NCBI GenBank assembly: GCA_963666565.1
Contig: OY762911.1
Coordinates: 512,001 to 576,000, forward strand
DNA from: Thermoanaerobaculia bacterium
GTDB lineage: Bacteria; Acidobacteriota; Thermoanaerobaculia; Multivoradales; Multivoraceae
Length of the DNA: 64,000 bases
Direction of reading: 5' to 3'
Position 1 is the first letter of the stretch. Every line of letters begins with the position of its first letter. The position numbers and the translations under genes are program-made. The notes beneath the pieces were generated by a model. It ran no database searches. It had not been told where the DNA came from and saw nothing but the letters and a program-made list of their open reading frames with translations. Below, in pieces: positions 40,801-49,680 of the stretch.

Positions 40801-41094
40801 GCTTCCGAACACGAGCGCAACCAGGAGCCTCAGCGGAACCTGCGGCAGCCGATCGTCCCGCACGGGCGCGACGGAGCCCGGGGGAACCCGGAGCACGCCG
40901 CCTCCGTCCACCCGAAGCTCCCGCCATTCGAGGCGCCACCCGGCCGCCCGCGCGTGAGCCAGCAGCGCCGCTCCCTGGAGGAAGAGGGACGCGCGCTCCC
41001 GGTCGGAAACGACCATCCCCTCCAGGTCGGCTACCGCGGCGCCCTCGGGAACCGGCTCGAGCGACGGGTGACGAATGCGAAGAACGCCGGTCAC
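37822..41094 (-). CDS. sigma54-dependent enhancer-binding protein with long N-terminal helical/TPR-like region (about 1090 aa)
   Basis: GESGTGKE, GAFTGA, FLDEIGE, FRQDLYYRL, WPGNVREL and Fis-type HTH; GTG 41094 overlaps the aroA stop. Confidence 0.92.
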   Translation of the reverse strand: MTGVLRIRHPSLEPVPEGAAVADLEGMVVSDRERASLFLQGAALLAHARAAGWRLEWRELRVDGGGVLRVPPGSVAPVRDDRLPQVPLRLLVALVFGSEGALGRSAVRAALRPLFESWRDELLPVSANRAVADVLARAPFLWGSGFEAARASLFAILERGGGARVAVAGRPAWRRSLARMDAADRREAVAGGEAARSFWRRARDAGSGVHGTAGGSAAPAARSTPAPPEAPEDRSAQARRLVEGGRFEAALKLVKDSGRTDDVLVRLRAQLRLGRTAAARRTLGTLEKHGLSGGRELERCELAIGIHATAGHADRIEGWSERALEAAAGPRARRARVLCALAKWELGDLDAMAALLAPGSEEPEDWTEVLASARLASASGRFGEAERLLRAGLGSLGDGLPVYERALLWRELASLRLSVNDFERAERAARIAVGLFRRCDGPAGRAAAHGILAEIRIRTGRFDGVAGTIEDLRREGLMAGSVRATVEARLLDARRFLALGRWESALRCCAAALEDLRGRRSGWRQLRSLRLLSARARIQLGRAREAAKELTDAVERPLAAWTPAEADELAPLLLLASLRDEARAVAPGAGQAGLWEAVGEGEPPGAADWRRVEEQGPFPAALTVHDLICLGVESVPVGLLATAAQTLSAAGAEALVQRVEGARVGPWRALRVFLATPNPDAEAYRILMSSAGHPDARLAVHGSLAGSDAPDARREVLLRGSGGGDRFAVETAMGRLVLSADRIDEPARALATAVATRLPVSTRRRRGVSELAEPRMAARSGMIGRSKALLEAQARIRKLAAHDLPVLILGESGTGKELLARQLHRFSARASLPWLAVNCAALPDGLLLSDLFGHRRGAFTGADSDRIGVFESAEGGVVFLDEIGELPWAAQGMLLRLLQEGEMRRVGESRTRQLDFRLVSATHRDLAAMVKAGEFRQDLYYRLRVAHVQAPPLREREEDVMLLARHFLEESALERQDLRLSDEACAKIRGYSWPGNVRELKNAIDGAVALAEGPEISVDMLGLPEEVAGDEAPGQTGYHWKMDRYRRRLIGNALAEAGGKQAQAARLLGISRQAMSYLVRKLNYEPLTND

Positions 41095-42416
41095 CGGCGG
41101 ATCCCCTCGAGGTCCCGCCAGAAACCCGGGTACGACTTGCCCACGACCTCCGGACGCCGGATCGAGAGGCCTCCCCGGCGCAGCCCCACCAGGGCCATGC
41201 TCATCGCGATCCGGTGGTCGTCCCAGGCGTCGATCGGGACCCGCGGCGACCCGGGCCGGACGGAGAGGCCGGGATCGCCCTCGATCCGCAGGCCGTCCGC
41301 CAGCTCGTCGACCGTCACGCCGGCGCGGCGCAGTTCGGTCGCGACCGCGGCCAGGCGGTCGCTCTCCTTGATCTTCAGGTGGGCCACGTTGCGGATCCGG
41401 GTCGTGCCCTCGGCGAAGGCCGCCACGGCCGCCAGCGTCGGCGCCTGGTCGGGCATCGCCGACAGGTCGCAGTCGAGCGCGGTCAGGGCGCCGCCGTCCT
41501 CCACCCGGATCTCCTCCGGCGTCGCCCGGACGCGGGCGCCCATCCGTTCGAGGAGTTCCAGGAAGGCCCGGTCGCCCTGGGTCGACACCGGCGCCAGGCC
41601 GCGCAGGCGCACCGCGCCGCCGCAGATGGCGGCGGCCGCCGCCGGGTAGGCGGCCGCCGAATCGTCGCCCGCGACCCGGTAGCGGCCGCCGGCCGGTTCG
41701 GGCCGGCACGGTTCCACCCGGAACTCGCGCGCTTCGCCGTCGCGGCGCACCGCTACCGGCGCGCCGAAGTCGGCCATGACGGAGAGAGTCGTGTCCACAT
41801 ATGGACTGGAGACGAGAAACGGCGCCAGGAGTTCGATCGGGCCCTCGGCCGCGAGCGCCGCCATCAGCAGCGCGGACACGTACTGGCTCGACTCCCGCGC
41901 GTCGATCTCGACCCGGCCGCCAGCCAGCCGTCCCCCCCGGACGCGGACCGGCGCGCAGCCCGGCTCGCCGAGCTCGTCGATCCTCGCGCCGAGCTGCCGC
42001 AACGCCCCGACCAGCGGGCCGATCGGCCGCTCGCGCAACCGGGGGGCGCCGTCGAGCACCCACTCGCCCGGGGTCACGGCGCAGGTGGCGACCAGCAGGC
42101 GCAGCAGGGTGCCCGAGCTCCGGCAGTCGAGCCGGACCGGTCCCCGAACCGCCTCCCGCAGCGGCGGTTCCACCCGCAGCGCCCCGGCGGCGCCGAAACG
42201 GAGGCGCCAGTCCATCGCCTCCAGCACGGCCCGGAAGGCGGCGATGTCGTCGGCCTCCAGCAGGTTCTCGATCGTCGCCGGCCGCCGTCCGATCAGGGCG
42301 AGGTTCAGGGCGCGGTTGGAGATGCTCTTCGAACCGGGCGGCGCCACCGCGCCCCCGACGGCCGCCGCGCGGCGGACCGGGTACGGGTCCGGCAGAGGCG
42401 CCGTCAGGCCAGCCAC
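41091..42416 (-). CDS. aroA: 3-phosphoshikimate 1-carboxyvinyltransferase
   Basis: PGSKSISNRAL, SSQYVSALL, LKIKESDR and DDHRIAMS motifs; start approximate. Confidence 0.96.
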   Translation of the reverse strand: MAGLTAPLPDPYPVRRAAAVGGAVAPPGSKSISNRALNLALIGRRPATIENLLEADDIAAFRAVLEAMDWRLRFGAAGALRVEPPLREAVRGPVRLDCRSSGTLLRLLVATCAVTPGEWVLDGAPRLRERPIGPLVGALRQLGARIDELGEPGCAPVRVRGGRLAGGRVEIDARESSQYVSALLMAALAAEGPIELLAPFLVSSPYVDTTLSVMADFGAPVAVRRDGEAREFRVEPCRPEPAGGRYRVAGDDSAAAYPAAAAAICGGAVRLRGLAPVSTQGDRAFLELLERMGARVRATPEEIRVEDGGALTALDCDLSAMPDQAPTLAAVAAFAEGTTRIRNVAHLKIKESDRLAAVATELRRAGVTVDELADGLRIEGDPGLSVRPGSPRVPIDAWDDHRIAMSMALVGLRRGGLSIRRPEVVGKSYPGFWRDLEGIRR

Positions 42417-43081
42417 AGCAGCCTCCGGTCGTTGAACCAGGCATCCGCAACTCGCACCTCGCCGCCGCCGGCAGGCCAGCGGCGGGCGGCGTGGAAGTGC
42501 CCGAGCAGAAGCACGTCGGCGCCTTCGGCCAGCCGCCGCGCCGCGTAGCGCCGGACGGCCGCCTCCGGGATCCGGGCCTTGTGCTCGAGGTTCGTCCGCG
42601 CCAGGCCGCGCTCGGTGGACGCGACGAGGCGACGGCCGACCGACCGCGGCAGGCGAAACGTCAACCAGCGGCTCAGCGCGTTCTTCGACAGCCGGCGCCA
42701 GCAGCGATAGCGCCAGTCGCGCGGATTCAGCCCGTCGCCGTGGACCGCGAGGTACCGGACCCCGCCGTCGTCGAAGCGGACCTCGCGGCCACAGTCGTCG
42801 AAGAGGTCGCCGTAGGCGCCTTCGCCGACGAAGAAGTCGCGGTTTCCCTCCACGTAGGAGACCCGGATCCCGCGCCGCCGGAGGCCCCGGATCGCGGCCG
42901 CGAGCCGCCGCACCTCGGGCGTCTCGAAGCGGCGCGAGCCGATCCACAGGTGGAACAGGTCGCCCAGGAACAGCACCCGCGCGCAGTCGGCGGGGTCCAG
43001 CTCGCCGAGCTGCGCGGCCAGATCCTCGCCGTTGCCCCCGGGACCGCCCAGGTGCGCATCGGCGACCACGACGACAGGCAC
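42404..43081 (-). CDS. lpxH: UDP-2,3-diacylglucosamine diphosphatase
   Basis: ADAHL, LGDLFHLW, EGNRDF, HGD and GHFH metallophosphoesterase motifs. Confidence 0.85.
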   Translation of the reverse strand: MPVVVVADAHLGGPGGNGEDLAAQLGELDPADCARVLFLGDLFHLWIGSRRFETPEVRRLAAAIRGLRRRGIRVSYVEGNRDFFVGEGAYGDLFDDCGREVRFDDGGVRYLAVHGDGLNPRDWRYRCWRRLSKNALSRWLTFRLPRSVGRRLVASTERGLARTNLEHKARIPEAAVRRYAARRLAEGADVLLLGHFHAARRWPAGGGEVRVADAWFNDRRLLWLA

Positions 43082-43102
43082 GGTTGCGAAGCCCTCCGAT
43101 CC

Positions 43103-44176
43103 CTAGACGATCGTCAGGGTCGGCCGTTCCGAAGCCAGCTCCGCCAGCCGGCGCTCCACCGCCGCCGCGATGCCGCGGAAGATCGCCGCGTGCGGACCGC
43201 CGGCGTCGGACACGACGATCGGCATCCCGTCGTCGCTGCCCCGGACCAGCGCGGCGTCCAGCGGAATCGCGCCGAGCACCTCGCAGTCCAGCAGGCCGGC
43301 GGTCCGCTCCACGCCGCCGCGCTTGAAGACGTCGGTCGTCTCGCCGCAGTGCGGGCAGGTGAAGGTCGACATGTTCTCCACCATCCCGAGCACCGGCACC
43401 TCGACCTTGCGGAACATCGCCAGGCCCTTGCGCGCGTCGATCAGCGCCACGTCCTGCGGGGTCGAGACGATGACCGCGCCGGACAGGGGCAGTTTCTGGG
43501 ACAGCGTCAGCGCCGCGTCGCCGGTGCCGGGCGGCAGGTCGAGCAGCAGATAGTCGAGCCGGCCCCAGTTCACGTCGCCGAGCAACTGGCCCAGCGCCTT
43601 CATCACCATCGGGCCCCGCCAGATCACGGGCGTGTCCGGATCGAGCAGGAAGCCGAGGGACATGACCCGCACGCCGTGGCGCTCGAAGGGCTGGATCTTC
43701 CCGTCCACGATCTCCGGCCGGCGGTCGATGCCGAACATCAGGGGGATGGACGGGCCGTAGATGTCCGCGTCCAGCAGCCCGACGCGCAGGCCCAGCGCGG
43801 CCATCGCGGCGCTCAGGTTCGTCGCCACGGTCGACTTGCCCACGCCCCCCTTGCCGCTCGCCACCGCAACGACGTGAGAGACGCCCGGCAGGAGGGAGGG
43901 GTCGCGCGCCGTCGCCGGCGCCGGCGCGGTCGCCGCCTCGAGCGACACCTGCACGTCCGAAACGCCGTCCAGGGCGCCGACGGCCTCGACGATGCGGCGC
44001 CTGATCTCCGTGGCCGCTTCCGGGTCCCGCGTGGGGACCCGCAGATCGACCGCCACGCCGCCGCCGCTGACCGCCACCCGCTGCACGAACCCGAACGACA
44101 CGACGTCGCGCTTCATGCCCGGGAAGGTCACCGTCCGGAGGCACTCCCTCACCCTGCTCTCGATCGAATCGGTCAT
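43103..44176 (-). CDS. mrp: Mrp/NBP35 Fe-S carrier ATPase (ApbC)
   Basis: SGKGGVGKST, DADIYGPS, DLPPGTGD and ENMS...CPHC motifs. Confidence 0.96.
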   Translation of the reverse strand: MTDSIESRVRECLRTVTFPGMKRDVVSFGFVQRVAVSGGGVAVDLRVPTRDPEAATEIRRRIVEAVGALDGVSDVQVSLEAATAPAPATARDPSLLPGVSHVVAVASGKGGVGKSTVATNLSAAMAALGLRVGLLDADIYGPSIPLMFGIDRRPEIVDGKIQPFERHGVRVMSLGFLLDPDTPVIWRGPMVMKALGQLLGDVNWGRLDYLLLDLPPGTGDAALTLSQKLPLSGAVIVSTPQDVALIDARKGLAMFRKVEVPVLGMVENMSTFTCPHCGETTDVFKRGGVERTAGLLDCEVLGAIPLDAALVRGSDDGMPIVVSDAGGPHAAIFRGIAAAVERRLAELASERPTLTIV

Positions 44177-45087
44177 CCCTCTCCCCCCGCTTCAGCGGCG
44201 GTCCGCAGCCCCGCCAGCCGGCCCACCTGCCGCTCGACATCGCGCATGAACGCCCGCCGCCCCCGCACTCCCGCCGCCGCCGGATCGACCGCCTCGCCGA
44301 AGGCCAGCTCGACGGTCTGCGGCCGGACCGCGAGGGTGCCCTTCCGCCGGATGCGGCCGGTGCCGCGGATGCCAACCGGCGCCACCAGGGCCCGTCCCTT
44401 CAGGGCCAGCAGGAACCCGCCGCGCTGAAACGGCCTCATGCTCGGGCCGGAGCTTCGGGTCTCCTCCGGAAACACGACGAGAGAGGTCCCGGACGCCAGC
44501 AACTCCGTGGCGGCGGCGAACGTCTCGCCGGCCCGGCTCCGGTCCTGCCGGTCCACCGGGACGAAGCCGGCCGCCTTGAGCCCCCAGCCGAAGAACGGCA
44601 GCCGGAACAGGCTGCGCTTGGCGAGGAAGCGCACCGGCAAGTCCAGGATCGCCAGCAGGGCGGCGATGTCGTAGAGGCTCCGGTGGTTCGCCATGTAGAC
44701 CACCGGCCGGCCGCCGATCGCGTCGCGCCAGGCCGCGTGGCTGCCCCCGGCGTAGGCGAGATCGAGCCGGACGCCGCTGGACCGCAGCAGCCCGCGAGCC
44801 CAGAGCCGGGCCTGCACTCCGGCCCAGTCGCGCCCCGGCGCCCAGGAGGCGACCGCCGCGGCGACGCCCATCACCGCGCTGCCCACCACCAGGTACAGGT
44901 TCCCGGTCACCGTCGCCAGCGCCGCCGACCAGGCCGGCGCCGGCCGCCCGGCGGCTTTCGCCGTAGACTCGCTCCGCCGCGCGTCGTCCGATGCGCCTGC
45001 CGGCAGGTGCGCGGGGGAGGTCGGCGGCGGCTCAAGAGGCGCCGTCAGGGTTCCGCGGCGCGCGTTGCTGGGGTTCCGGTTCGACAA
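44173..45087 (-). CDS. plsC: 1-acyl-sn-glycerol-3-phosphate acyltransferase
   Basis: NHRSLYD and FPEETRS motifs; start uncertain. Confidence 0.85.
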   Translation of the reverse strand: MSNRNPSNARRGTLTAPLEPPPTSPAHLPAGASDDARRSESTAKAAGRPAPAWSAALATVTGNLYLVVGSAVMGVAAAVASWAPGRDWAGVQARLWARGLLRSSGVRLDLAYAGGSHAAWRDAIGGRPVVYMANHRSLYDIAALLAILDLPVRFLAKRSLFRLPFFGWGLKAAGFVPVDRQDRSRAGETFAAATELLASGTSLVVFPEETRSSGPSMRPFQRGGFLLALKGRALVAPVGIRGTGRIRRKGTLAVRPQTVELAFGEAVDPAAAGVRGRRAFMRDVERQVGRLAGLRTAAEAGGEG

Positions 45088-45173
45088 GGTTCTGCTCGGT
45101 GCCGTGGGTGAGGAAGCTACACCAGGCGCCCACCGCGAGGGCCGGCGACGACGAAGGCGCCCGGCGGGTATGG

Positions 45174-45953
45174 ATGCAACAGGCTGGCTACAGGATTCTG
45201 ATCGATTTCAAGGCGCCCTTGCGAGAGGTCGGCGCCATCTGGCTGCTGGCCGTACGCGGAATCGCGGCCCTCGTCAGACCCCCGTACGAGTTCCGGTCAT
45301 GGCTCCATCAGATGAGCCACCTCGGCGTCAGTTCCCTCGGCGTCGCTTCCGTCACCACCCTGTTCACCGGCATGGTGCTCGCCCTGCAGACCGCGTACAG
45401 CCTGCCGGAGCTCGGGGTCAAGTACTACATCGGCAGCGTGGTCTCCAAGTCGCTGACGCGGGAACTGGGACCCGTGCTGGTGGCGCTGATCGTCGGCGGC
45501 CGCATCGGCGCCGGCATGACCGCGGAACTCGGCACGATGAAGGTCACGGAGCAGGTCGACGCCATGCGCTCGATGGCAGCGGATCCAGTGAAGAAGCTGG
45601 TCGTTCCGAGGCTGGCGGCCAGCCTGATCATGCTGCCGGTTCTCACCGTCCTCGGCGACCTGCTGGGCATACTCGGCGGCCTGTTCGTCGCCGTGAACCA
45701 GTTGAACCTGTCCGTCGGCCTATACGTCAACGACGTCCTCCAGACCCTCACGCTGGAGGACGTCTTCAACGGCCTCGGCAAGTCCGTCTTCTTCGCCGCC
45801 TTCATCGCGGTCATCGGCTGCCACAATGGCCTGACCGCGAGCGGCGGCGCCGAGGGCGTCGGCCACGCCACGACCCGCACCGTCGTCTGGGCCTCCATCA
45901 TGGTGCTGGTGTCTGACTTCTTTCTGACCAAGCTCTTCCATGTCCTCATCTGA
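45174..45953 (+). CDS. mlaE: MlaE-family ABC permease
   Basis: RELGPVL, ELGTMKVTEQVDAM and GAEGVGHATT motifs; start approximate. Confidence 0.93.
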   Translation: MQQAGYRILIDFKAPLREVGAIWLLAVRGIAALVRPPYEFRSWLHQMSHLGVSSLGVASVTTLFTGMVLALQTAYSLPELGVKYYIGSVVSKSLTRELGPVLVALIVGGRIGAGMTAELGTMKVTEQVDAMRSMAADPVKKLVVPRLAASLIMLPVLTVLGDLLGILGGLFVAVNQLNLSVGLYVNDVLQTLTLEDVFNGLGKSVFFAAFIAVIGCHNGLTASGGAEGVGHATTRTVVWASIMVLVSDFFLTKLFHVLI

Positions 45954-46743
45954 ACCTCCGGACGCCCTGCAACCGAACCGGGAACCGCTCTACGCCGTGC
46001 GCGGGCTCCGCCGGAGCTTCGGCGAACGCGTCGTGCTCGACGGCCTGAGCTTCGACGTCCTGCGCGGCGAATGCCTGGTCGTGCTCGGCCGTTCGGGCTC
46101 CGGCAAGAGCCTCACTCTGCGCCAGCTCAACGGACTCGACCGGGCCGAGGGCGGCGAAGTGCTGTTCGAGGGCACGGACCTCGTCGGGCTGACGGAGCGC
46201 GAGCTGTACCCGCTGCGCCGGCGGATCGCCATGCTGTTCCAGGCCGGCGCCCTGTTCGATTCCCTCGACGTGCTGGAGAACGTCGCCTTCCCCATCCGCG
46301 AGCACGAACGCGCCGGCGAGGACGAGATCCGCCAGCGGGTGGCCGCCGCGCTGGAGTGGGTCGGGCTGTCCGGGATCGAGGACCGGATGCCGGCGGCCCT
46401 CTCCGGCGGCATGAAGAAGCGCGTCGCGCTCGCCCGCTCGCTCGTCCTGGAACCCGAAGTGGTCCTGTTCGACGAGCCGACCGCCGGGCTCGACCCGGTC
46501 ACTTCGGCGAGCATCTGCAGCCTGATCCGGAACACGCGGGACGAACTCGGAACGACCTCCGTGGTGGTGACCCACGACATTCGCCTGGCCCGCCACGTCG
46601 GAGACCGGCTGGCACTGCTCCACGAAGGGCGGTTCAGGTTCCTGGGCCGCTGGGAAGAGGCCGAACGGAGCGCCGACCCAGCGCTCCGCTCATTCCTGCA
46701 GGGTCCGCACGGAGACGGACGGGAGGACATCGATGCAGCGTGA
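45940..46743 (+). CDS. mlaF: MlaF-family ABC ATPase
   Basis: GRSGSGKS, LSGGMKKRVALAR and DEPTAGLDP motifs. Confidence 0.93.
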   Translation: MSSSEPPDALQPNREPLYAVRGLRRSFGERVVLDGLSFDVLRGECLVVLGRSGSGKSLTLRQLNGLDRAEGGEVLFEGTDLVGLTERELYPLRRRIAMLFQAGALFDSLDVLENVAFPIREHERAGEDEIRQRVAAALEWVGLSGIEDRMPAALSGGMKKRVALARSLVLEPEVVLFDEPTAGLDPVTSASICSLIRNTRDELGTTSVVVTHDIRLARHVGDRLALLHEGRFRFLGRWEEAERSADPALRSFLQGPHGDGREDIDAA

Positions 46744-47899
46744 TTCGCACACCGCCAGGGTCGGCCTGACCGTGCTCGCGGCCCTCGCCGCGCTGGCGGC
46801 CTTCATCTTCATGATCGGCGAGCAGAGCGCCCTGTTCACGCCCACCAACGGCTACCGCACCATGTTCCCGAACGCCGCCGGCCTGGTCGAAGGCAATCCC
46901 GTTCAGTTGAACGGCGTCACCGTCGGCAAGGTCGACCGCATCCTGCTCAGCGAGGATCCGGACAGCGAACTTCTGGAGGTGCGGATCAGCGTCGAGCGGC
47001 GCTACGCGGGACGGCTGCGGCGAGACTCCCTGGCGCGCCTCAAGACCCTGGGCCTGCTGGGCGACAAGTACGTCGAGATCACCTCGGGTTCGCCCGATGC
47101 CGTCCTGCTCAATCCCGGCGACGAGATCCCGGCGGCGCTGCCGACCGACGTCGACGAGCTGATCGCCAGCGGCGCGGACGCGGTCGACTACGCGGTCGCC
47201 ACGGCCCGTTCGCTGTCGAACATCCTCGCCCGCATGGAACGCGGCGAGGGCGTCCTCGGCGAACTCGTCGCCGCCCGCGAGGACAAGCGGATCACCGACA
47301 CGGTCATCCGGACGCTCGAGTCGGTCGAGCGCGTGGCCGACCGGGTCGAAGCGGGCGACGGAGTCCTCGGACGGCTGCTCACGGACCGCGAGATGGGCGA
47401 CCGGATCGCCTCGTCGATCGACCGACTGGACGAGACCCTGACGCTGCTGCGGGAGGGCGACGGACTGGCGCCGGCGCTGCTGAACGACGCGGAACTGAAG
47501 GCCCGCTTCGAGACCACCCTGGCCGACACCGAGGTCGCGGCCGCCGACCTGCGGGGCATCGCCGCCGACCTGCGCGCCGCCGACGGACTCCTGCCCCGGC
47601 TCCTGAACGACGAGGAGCTGAGCGAGTCGCTGACGAGCGAGGTGGAGGAACTCCTCGGGCGGCTGAACTCGACCCTGGGGCGGGTCGCGGAAGGCGACGG
47701 CACAGCGGCCCGCCTGATCAACGATCCCGCGATCTACGAGGCGCTGGACGATCTCGTCGTGGGCATCAACGAGTCGAAGCTGCTGCGCTGGCTGGTCCGC
47801 AACCGGCAGAAGGCGGGCATCAAGAAGCGGTACCGCGACGCGCAGGACGCGCTGGAGGCCGCCGGGACCGGGGCGGCGGATCCGGGAGCGCGGCCGTGA
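46733..47899 (+). CDS. mlaD: MlaD/MCE-domain protein with long helical extension
   Basis: N-terminal TM; GLVEGNPVQLNGVTVGKV and GLLGDKYVEI motifs; repeated GdGxLgrLL units. Confidence 0.9.
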   Translation: MQRDSHTARVGLTVLAALAALAAFIFMIGEQSALFTPTNGYRTMFPNAAGLVEGNPVQLNGVTVGKVDRILLSEDPDSELLEVRISVERRYAGRLRRDSLARLKTLGLLGDKYVEITSGSPDAVLLNPGDEIPAALPTDVDELIASGADAVDYAVATARSLSNILARMERGEGVLGELVAAREDKRITDTVIRTLESVERVADRVEAGDGVLGRLLTDREMGDRIASSIDRLDETLTLLREGDGLAPALLNDAELKARFETTLADTEVAAADLRGIAADLRAADGLLPRLLNDEELSESLTSEVEELLGRLNSTLGRVAEGDGTAARLINDPAIYEALDDLVVGINESKLLRWLVRNRQKAGIKKRYRDAQDALEAAGTGAADPGARP

Positions 47900-48177
47900 T
47901 CGTCTGCGCGCGCTGCGGCCGCGAACGGGAAGCCCTGGCCGCGCCGCCGGCGCCCGGCCCGGTCGGCGAGGAGATCGCCCAACGGGTCTGTGCCGGCTGC
48001 TGGGACGAGTGGGCGGCGATGGAGATCAAGGTGATCAACGAACTGCGCCTGAACTTCATGGACCCGGACGCCCAGGCGATCCTCACCGGCCACATGAGGG
48101 ACTTCCTCTTCCCCGGCGACGAGCCGCCCGTTGCGCCCGGGCAACGGCTGGACTTCGACTCGATCGGCGAACCTTAG
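47896..48177 (+). CDS. Fe(II)-trafficking / oxidative damage protection protein (YggX-like)
   Basis: CARC...VCAGCWDEW...KVINELRLN. Confidence 0.82.
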   Translation: MIVCARCGREREALAAPPAPGPVGEEIAQRVCAGCWDEWAAMEIKVINELRLNFMDPDAQAILTGHMRDFLFPGDEPPVAPGQRLDFDSIGEP

Positions 48178-48232
48178 CGGCCTGAGGCCGCCAAGCTTCC
48201 GGCCTCAGCCGGGCACGACCTCGGGCCCAAGG

Positions 48233-48868
48233 TCAGCAACCCGCCTTGGCCGCCAGTTCCGGCATGCTCCGGCGGAGGTTCCTGGCCAGCTTCTGGCCCT
48301 CGTCGCAGAGCAGACCCAAGGTGCTGACGAACGCCTGCTCAAGATCCTCCGGGAGCGACGATTCCATATCCCATGCGAGGACGATCCTCTCACCGTTCGG
48401 CCGGTCGTACTCCAAGTTGGCGAAGGACCGGAAGTCATCCGCGCGCTCCAGCAGACTGGCCCAGCTTTCTCGGCAGGCGCGGTGGTCACCCCCGTAGTGG
48501 AAGGCGTAGCCGGGGCCGCACTGCGGCATGGACACCCCGAGCATCTCGCTCGACCAAAACCGGACCAAGCCTTCCATCTGATCCTCGCTCAGGCGCCGGC
48601 ACGTCGTAACGTCGCCGAGCCACAACTCCGTGTACTCGAGTCCACCCGCCCCGTTGACGTCAAGGTGAAGAGACTCCGTGTAGTGCTTGTACGGCAAGTG
48701 CATCCTCAAGGTGAGCTCCACTCCATGCGCTCGCCTACCCTTCCGTCCCTGGTCTGCCGTCAGACACTGCGGGTCCAGGTAGTGGCAAGCCGTTCCGGCG
48801 AACAGCGCGGTTGCGGCGATGCTCAAGGCAAGGCCGCCAGCAGGAAGGCCCTGGCCGCTCCTCAGCAT
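48233..48868 (-). CDS. hypothetical exported protein, possibly a lipoprotein (211 aa)
   Basis: Hydrophobic stretch ending FAGTAC (imperfect lipobox); starts 15 bp after the PLA2-like stop; atypical codon use. Confidence 0.6.
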   Translation of the reverse strand: MLRSGQGLPAGGLALSIAATALFAGTACHYLDPQCLTADQGRKGRRAHGVELTLRMHLPYKHYTESLHLDVNGAGGLEYTELWLGDVTTCRRLSEDQMEGLVRFWSSEMLGVSMPQCGPGYAFHYGGDHRACRESWASLLERADDFRSFANLEYDRPNGERIVLAWDMESSLPEDLEQAFVSTLGLLCDEGQKLARNLRRSMPELAAKAGC

Positions 48869-48882
48869 TGAGAACGAGGAAC

Positions 48883-49437
48883 CTAGTCGCCGTCGCCGCC
48901 CGTCACGATTGGGCCGTTCGGTGGCTCGGGTGGGCAGTCGTCTTCACAACAGCTTGGGTCCCGCTGACAGCAGTACTCTTGGGGGAGCGACCATCCCCGC
49001 CAGTCGCACATCCGGGGGTTGCAGTGGTTCAGGCACTGATTACCCGCGTAAGTCCAAAGAGCTGCGGAGACCCCACCATAGGCCAAAGTCGCCGCATCGG
49101 AACAGTCCTCAAGGAACTCCTTGACTTCGTGGCCCGGCTTCCCGGCGACCCTCATGGCGGCGCCGGTCAACGTGCAGACCGCGTTCAGGTCACCGTAGAA
49201 GGCCAGATCGCACTGAGCCTTGTGGGCGAAGCCGGGATTCCATCCGCCGCAGGTTCCCTGGGCTCGCCAACACTGGTCGTGGCGCGTGCAGGCGCCAGCC
49301 AAGGCGCCGTCGAGACCGGCCTCGACGATCTGCGGCAGCTTGAGGCTGCAACCGTAGGGGTTCGATTGAGCATTCAGCTCGCCGGACCCAATCGGGCAAA
49401 CCACCAGAATGCCGAACGCCAACAGCCATCGCTTCAT
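48883..49437 (-). CDS. secreted phospholipase A2-like protein with Cys-rich tail (184 aa)
   Basis: GGAGAG RBS and signal peptide; NPYGCS, ACTRHDQCW (His-Asp), KAQCDLAFYGDLNAVC and CSDAATLAYGGV. Confidence 0.8.
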   Translation of the reverse strand: MKRWLLAFGILVVCPIGSGELNAQSNPYGCSLKLPQIVEAGLDGALAGACTRHDQCWRAQGTCGGWNPGFAHKAQCDLAFYGDLNAVCTLTGAAMRVAGKPGHEVKEFLEDCSDAATLAYGGVSAALWTYAGNQCLNHCNPRMCDWRGWSLPQEYCCQRDPSCCEDDCPPEPPNGPIVTGGDGD

Positions 49438-49680
49438 CGAGTCGCTCTCCTTCCCGTCACCCGGGTGTCGTTCGTACAGCCGGAAGACCCGCCGGGAACA
49501 TGCACCGACCGTCGGCTTTCCAGATGGCGCCAGACACTACACCAAGTGGCGGCGGTCGCGAGCCTGACCGCGACCTTCGACGGGCTGCGACGCAGGTCGC
49601 TGGCGGCCAAGCTGCTGTTCCGGCACAGTTCCGGCACGCGGACGCGCTCCACGACCGTTACGCTCGCCTATAGTTGAGAA

